In this document: piece after piece, positions 59,207 through 64,000 of the stretch
How positions within the stretch are numbered: position 1 is the stretch's first letter
Layout: each line of letters begins with the position of its first letter
NCBI GenBank assembly: GCA_963797095.1
Contig: CAWCNY010000006.1
Span: 256,001-320,000, forward strand
DNA length: 64,000 nucleotides
Direction of reading: 5' to 3'
DNA from: an uncultured Chloroflexia bacterium
Lineage (GTDB): Bacteria > Chloroflexota > Chloroflexia > QHBQ01 > JADMIH01
Notes under the pieces: model-generated
What the model saw: only the letters and a program-made list of their open reading frames with translations
Database searches by the model: none
Told to the model about the DNA's origin: nothing
Made by a program: the position numbers and the translations under genes

Positions 59207-60148
59207 ATGAAAATCGGATTACAGATACCCTATTACACATACCCCGGTACGTCAGAACCCCTGGCCGATGCTTTCGCGCGCATCGTGCAGACCGCCGAAG
59301 CGGCGGGCTTCGACAGCATCTGGGTTATGGACCACTACTTCCAGCTTGAAGGGCTTGGCCCAGCCGAGTTCGAGATGATAGAAGCCTACACCACCCTCAG
59401 CTACGCAGCGGCGCTCACGAAGCGCGTCATGCTTGGGCCGCTCGTGGCAGGAGTTATGTACCGGAATCCCGCTATGCTGGTCAAATCGGCCACCGCTCTC
59501 GACGTCTTGAGCAAGGGGCGCTCCTACTTCGGCGTTGGCGCGGCCTGGTTCGAACGCGAGCATAAAGGCCTCGGGGTGAACTTCCCTCCCCTCAAAGAGC
59601 GATTCGAGCGCCTTGAAGAGACCCTTCAGATCGCCCATAAGATGTGGTCGGACGAGGTAACCGAGCACCTCGGCAAGCATTACAACCTGGCCGAAACCAT
59701 CAACATGCCCAACTCGGTGCAGCGTCCCCACCCACCCATAATGATCGGCGGCACAGGCGAGCGGAAGACATTCAGGCTGATCGCACAATATGCCGACGCC
59801 TGCAACGTCTTCACCTGGCGGGGCGTCGACTACGTTCGCCAGAAGTACGATGTATTGCGTGAGCGCTGCGAGGAGGCCGATCGCCCCTACAGCGATATAG
59901 AGAAGACCACTCTCAGCGAGCTAAACGTCACGCCCGACGGCAAGCCCTTAGCCAACGAATTCCTCACGCCCGACAAGCGCGAAGATATGACGGCGAGCCA
60001 CGCTATCGAGCAATTCCACCAGTTAGCCGAAATAGGCACCGACCACGCCATCTTCAACAGCACGATCTCCCACATCCCAGGCGCGCTGGACATCTGGGCC
60101 GAAGAGATCTTGCCTGCGGTGCACAAGATGGTCCCAGCAGGAAGGTAA
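59207..60148 (+). CDS. LLM-class F420-dependent oxidoreductase
   Basis: WVMDHYFQ, YRNP, GAAWFEREH, PPIMIGG.GE.KT..L.AQYADACN. Confidence 0.9.
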   Translation: MKIGLQIPYYTYPGTSEPLADAFARIVQTAEAAGFDSIWVMDHYFQLEGLGPAEFEMIEAYTTLSYAAALTKRVMLGPLVAGVMYRNPAMLVKSATALDVLSKGRSYFGVGAAWFEREHKGLGVNFPPLKERFERLEETLQIAHKMWSDEVTEHLGKHYNLAETINMPNSVQRPHPPIMIGGTGERKTFRLIAQYADACNVFTWRGVDYVRQKYDVLRERCEEADRPYSDIEKTTLSELNVTPDGKPLANEFLTPDKREDMTASHAIEQFHQLAEIGTDHAIFNSTISHIPGALDIWAEEILPAVHKMVPAGR

Positions 60149-60261
60149 GTCAACGGCGAAAGACGAAAGACAACGAGTGACGAGTGACGAGTGACGAGTG
60201 GATACGCAATACGCACGCACCACCCGTCATTCGTCATTCGTCCAAACCAGAGGTACCACAA

Positions 60262-60561
60262 ATGCCCGTATACGAAGTCTTCACACAGGCCCGCGAGGGC
60301 AAGCCGTTTGAGCACGGCGGCAACGTGGTCGCACCCGACCCTGAGTTGGCTATGCTCTACGCTCGCGAGTTCTACGGTCGCCGCCAGGAAAGCGCCCGCA
60401 TCTGGATAGTGCCTCGCGATGCCATAGTCGAGATCAAAGACCCCGACCTCCTTCACCCGCCAGCCGTCGACCGCTCCTACCGCACTGTCGGCGGCTACTC
60501 TGTGCGCGACACCCTGAGAGCCACCAGAGGCGCAGTAGCCGGGAGCCAACAGCCCGACTAA
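60262..60561 (+). CDS. paaB: Phenylacetyl-CoA epoxidase subunit B
   Basis: YEVF, H.G...APDPELA...ARE.YGRRQE...IWIVP, SYR; ATG 60262 with GAGG RBS. Confidence 0.9.
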   Translation: MPVYEVFTQAREGKPFEHGGNVVAPDPELAMLYAREFYGRRQESARIWIVPRDAIVEIKDPDLLHPPAVDRSYRTVGGYSVRDTLRATRGAVAGSQQPD

Positions 60562-60620
60562 GACGCGACGAAGGACGAAATAAGCGATACGCAGTACATA
60601 TTCCCAACGTATCAAAAACA

Positions 60621-61412
60621 ATGATAGAACAACTAACAACCAAACCCCTCCACATCCTCCTCCTCTCCATCGCCGACGACGAGTTCATACTGGGTTACCG
60701 CAACTCCGAATGGACCGGCATCGCCCCCATGCTCGAAGAAGATGTAGCCTTCTCCTCCATGTCGCAGGACGAGATCGGCCACGCCCGCCTCCTCTATGAG
60801 ATGCTACAGGCCGAAACGGGCATCTCTGCCGACAAGATCGCCTATGCGCGCCAGCCAGACGAATTCCTCTGTTGCAGGCTGATGGAGCACCGCAAGCTCG
60901 ATTGGGCGCACGCCATCGCCCGCCAGTTCCTCTACGATACAGCAGATCACGTCCGCCTTGAGGTTCTCTCGAACTCTACATACGAGCCTTTGAGGCAGGC
61001 CGCAGGCAAGATCATCCGAGAGGAGAAATACCACCTCCTCCACGGCGACATGTGGATGAACCGCCTCGCCACCCGTACCGATGAATCTCGCGCCCGCCTG
61101 ATCGCAGCCCTCGATACCCTCTGGCCCGACGCTTTGAGCATCTTCGAGCCGCTAATGGGCGAAGACGAGTTGATCAGCAATGGGGTCTTGCCCGCCACCA
61201 TGGGCGAAATGCAGGCCGAATGGCTCGCTCAAATAGCTCCCTACTTCAAAAACCTGGACCTCCCCTTCCCCGCCGAGGAAGATGCCCAGGGCCTCTACAC
61301 CACCATCAAGCCCAACTACGGCGGCAGAAACGGCGAGCACGGCCCCGAGTTCACCGAGCTATGGGAAGAAATGACCTCCGTGTACAGATTGGACCCGGAG
61401 GCGGTTTGGTAG
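60621..61412 (+). CDS. paaC: Phenylacetyl-CoA epoxidase subunit C
   Basis: ADDE.ILG.R.SEW.G.AP.LEED.A, GHAR, EEKYH, GR.GEH, P.A.W. Confidence 0.95.
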   Translation: MIEQLTTKPLHILLLSIADDEFILGYRNSEWTGIAPMLEEDVAFSSMSQDEIGHARLLYEMLQAETGISADKIAYARQPDEFLCCRLMEHRKLDWAHAIARQFLYDTADHVRLEVLSNSTYEPLRQAAGKIIREEKYHLLHGDMWMNRLATRTDESRARLIAALDTLWPDALSIFEPLMGEDELISNGVLPATMGEMQAEWLAQIAPYFKNLDLPFPAEEDAQGLYTTIKPNYGGRNGEHGPEFTELWEEMTSVYRLDPEAVW

Positions 61413-61422
61413 GAAATACACT

Positions 61423-61932
61423 ATGAAGACAACACAACAGATAACAGAACAACAGGTGCGCGACGCCCTCATGGACGTAATGGACCCGGAGATCCCACAC
61501 CTCTCCATAGTAGACCTCGGCATAGTCCATAAAGTGGAAACAGGAGACACAGGGATTGCGGTAGATATCATGCCAACCTTCGTAGGCTGCCCCGCCCTTG
61601 AGATCATAAAAGACAGCGTGCGAGAGCGCCTGGAAACCCTCGCCCCCGACCACGACATTACCGTCAACGTCACAATGGAAGTGCCGTGGACCAGCGACCG
61701 CATCTCTGAGCGTGGGCGCGAAATCCTGAAAAGCTCAGGCTTCGCCCCGCCCCTCGCCCGCAAGCTGATGCCAGCCCGTGCCAACCTGATCCAGCTACTT
61801 CCCGTAGTCGAGTGCCCCTACTGCAACTCGCGCAACACAGTAATGGAAAACGCCTTCGGCCCCACCCTCTGCCGCGCCATCTACTACTGCCACAACTGCC
61901 GCCAGCCGTTCGAGCAATTCAAACAGGTCTGA
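61423..61932 (+). CDS. paaD: Phenylacetyl-CoA epoxidase subunit D (PaaD/PaaJ)
   Basis: DPEIP.LSIVDLG, PTFVGCPA, CPYC, FGPTLCR..YYC..CRQPFEQFK. Confidence 0.95.
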   Translation: MKTTQQITEQQVRDALMDVMDPEIPHLSIVDLGIVHKVETGDTGIAVDIMPTFVGCPALEIIKDSVRERLETLAPDHDITVNVTMEVPWTSDRISERGREILKSSGFAPPLARKLMPARANLIQLLPVVECPYCNSRNTVMENAFGPTLCRAIYYCHNCRQPFEQFKQV

Positions 61933-62006
61933 AACCGACAAAGGACGAAGGATGGTGGTGCGTGCGTATTGCGTATTCACTCGTCACTCGTCACTCGTCA
62001 CTCGTC

Positions 62007-62687
62007 CTACTGTGGCTGAATAATCAGCGTCATACCATCAAAGTAGTTCCAGCGGAAGATGAATGAGTTCCACTCGGTATGGTAGAAGCCGCCATCGCCG
62101 ACATCCATCAAATAAACGCCATCGCTGTCGTACCCGTACAGCACAAGAGCATGCTCGTAGGGCACAAGCTTGAACGTCTGCCCATCGTACTCTTCCCAGT
62201 ACTCCGGACGCTCTTCATACTTGCCTGCGGTCAACCACACCACCGCCGGGTATCCCGCCCTGATATTCGCCTTGAGCCTCTCCACGTCCGTCCCGTAGAA
62301 CACCGTCGCCTTATATCCACGCTCCTCAAGCACAGACGCAAGTGGCTCGGCGTAGATGCCATAATCATCGATCCAACCGAACCCACCGTTGATATCACCT
62401 CTGAATCCGACGTGCGGGTTGGGGTTCTCGGGTATCTCCGCAATGAAATCTTTCTGCGAAACTAAATTGCCCCAGTAAAGTGTGACCGTAGCTGCGGCAG
62501 CATACTCGCAACTGAGGTTGTACCACTGAGTAACTGAAGGGATCCCGTCTATAACATATGCACCTTTTTGGGCCTCGGCTGTGGGTAACATCGCGAAGGC
62601 CGGCACTATAACGGATAGGAGGACTGAGCACGTTAAAAGAATACGCTTGCGGATTGATTTAGTATACATTTCGTCTGCCCTCAACAT
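62007..62687 (-). CDS. Secreted C39-like cysteine peptidase
   Basis: Signal peptide; Q...SCE catalytic Cys, NPH.GF.G, EHAL...GYD, D. Confidence 0.8.
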   Translation of the reverse strand: MLRADEMYTKSIRKRILLTCSVLLSVIVPAFAMLPTAEAQKGAYVIDGIPSVTQWYNLSCEYAAAATVTLYWGNLVSQKDFIAEIPENPNPHVGFRGDINGGFGWIDDYGIYAEPLASVLEERGYKATVFYGTDVERLKANIRAGYPAVVWLTAGKYEERPEYWEEYDGQTFKLVPYEHALVLYGYDSDGVYLMDVGDGGFYHTEWNSFIFRWNYFDGMTLIIQPQ

Positions 62688-62878
62688 AATATTGTGTGCT
62701 TACTGTCCTTTCTGCTTGGTGATCTTCTTCGCCCTTCTTAACATAATGCAAACAACATGCCAATAGAAGTACCGAAAAGTTAAGATTTGATGAGATTCAT
62801 CGCGGCTTGACGCACCTTTGCGCGGGTCCTTATAATAAGTTGGCGGAGCGTGACCCCTCTGCCCAGGCAAGCCATAAT

Positions 62879-63496
62879 ATGATCGATTTCTTTACATCCC
62901 CCCTCTTTCTGCTGTTTGCCCGCCTCTGTGTAGGCGGGGTATTCATTGTGTCCGGCGTTGGCAAGTGGCTCGATAAGCCTGGCACCGAGGCCAGCATGTC
63001 CCGCTACCTCTTCCTGCCCGGGGGTTCGGGCAAGTTCATCGCCACCGTCTTCCCCCCTCTTGAGATGGCAATCGGCCTGGCCCTCATCTTCGGCCTCCTC
63101 ACCCGCCTGGCCGCCCTCGGCGCTTGCCTCCTCCTCATTCTCTTCACCGGCCTCATAATCTACGACCTCTCGCGTGGCAAGACCCAATCATGCCACTGCT
63201 TCGGCAAGCTCTCCGACGACAAACTGACCCCGATGGCTGTGGTGCGCAATGTGGCGCTGATGCTCTTGTCCCTACTGGTGCTCTTCGCCTTTGACGGTTT
63301 CGCCTCGCTCGACCGCCTCATCGCGGGCAACACAAGCGGCCTCCTACTGGCAAACCTCCCGCCCACAGGCGACCCTGGTGCAAGCAATACAGTGCCGGTA
63401 GTAATCCTCTCCCTGGTGACCGTAATAGTGGTGGTATTCGGTGGCAAAGCGGTGTCAATGGTACGCAATACCCTGCGCGGTCTGGGCTTCCGCTAA
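62879..63496 (+). CDS. MauE/DoxX family membrane redox protein
   Basis: ARL..G..F..SG..K, P.LE...G..L, CHCFG, RN. Confidence 0.85.
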   Translation: MIDFFTSPLFLLFARLCVGGVFIVSGVGKWLDKPGTEASMSRYLFLPGGSGKFIATVFPPLEMAIGLALIFGLLTRLAALGACLLLILFTGLIIYDLSRGKTQSCHCFGKLSDDKLTPMAVVRNVALMLLSLLVLFAFDGFASLDRLIAGNTSGLLLANLPPTGDPGASNTVPVVILSLVTVIVVVFGGKAVSMVRNTLRGLGFR

Positions 63497-63607
63497 TGAA
63501 GAAAGACGCAAGACGAACGACGTTGGCAATGCCAAGTTCCACACTCGCCGCTCGTCACTCGCCAATAATCTTTCGTCCACAAATACCAGAAAGGAGGTGG
63601 TGTAGAG

Positions 63608-64000
63608 GTGGCAAATACTATAACTGAGCCTGCTCAGGACGCTAATGCAGCCCGCATGCGCGCATGGGTGCTCGGGCTGGTGCTATCCGCTTTTCTCATG
63701 CTTATATGCGGCTTCGTCCTTGCGGCCTTCATCGACGGCCCGGCTCGGCTCTGGACCGGCCTGACCTACGTGGTCGCTATGGGCCTCGCCCTGGTGGTCG
63801 GCCTATCGAAGACCTCTTCTGCCTGAGGGCTAAACATGATCTTCGTGATCGTGCCCCTCGGGAAGGGGACCAGAGAAACTGTAAACTGGGTAATAAGGGT
63901 TATCTTCTACACCATCGGCTCGACCTTTGGTGCGGCGGCGCTCGCGCTTCTGCTCGGCCTGGTTGGTATGGGCCTAGGCGCGATCCTGCCCGACATCGGT
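63608..64000 (+). CDS. MauF/CcdA-like membrane protein with in-frame TGA at 63824-26 (putative selenocysteine), running off the window
   Basis: GTG start with AGGAGG RBS; frame continues TCT GCC TGA GGG CTA AAC ATG ATC with no further stop to 64000; SSA*GLNMIFVIVPLG resembles S-x-C-G-x-x-M...PLG. Confidence 0.6.

Overview
This is a GC-rich bacterial chromosome segment, most likely Chloroflexota (inferred from the FPETG-repeat secreted protein, T-box-regulated glyQS, F420-type enzymes and intergenic heptamer repeats). It contains a full nuoA-N complex I operon interrupted by an antitoxin and a frameshifted PIN toxin; gyrA; three Flp pilins (two identical) next to a DegS-like kinase; two tandem peptide-ABC permease pairs; several glycosyltransferases; glyQS with a Gly T-box; an EfeO/FTR1-like iron uptake pair; xerD; comA; paaR-paaA-(LLM)-paaBCD; and MauE/MauF-like genes. 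The main find is a 2.8-kb IS3-family element (terminal IRs, AAG target duplication) whose transposase orfB is split by two different ORF-less group IIA-like introns. Removing both introns precisely restores a 304-aa DDE transposase, and each intron carries EBS/delta sequences matching its own insertion site. Other highlights: a probable in-frame UGA (selenocysteine) read-through in the MauF-like gene at the right edge; a NuoF with NADPH-type substitutions in the nucleotide pocket; and inverted heptamer-repeat hairpins at operon junctions and inside coding sequences. All family calls come from motif recognition by eye, with no database search.
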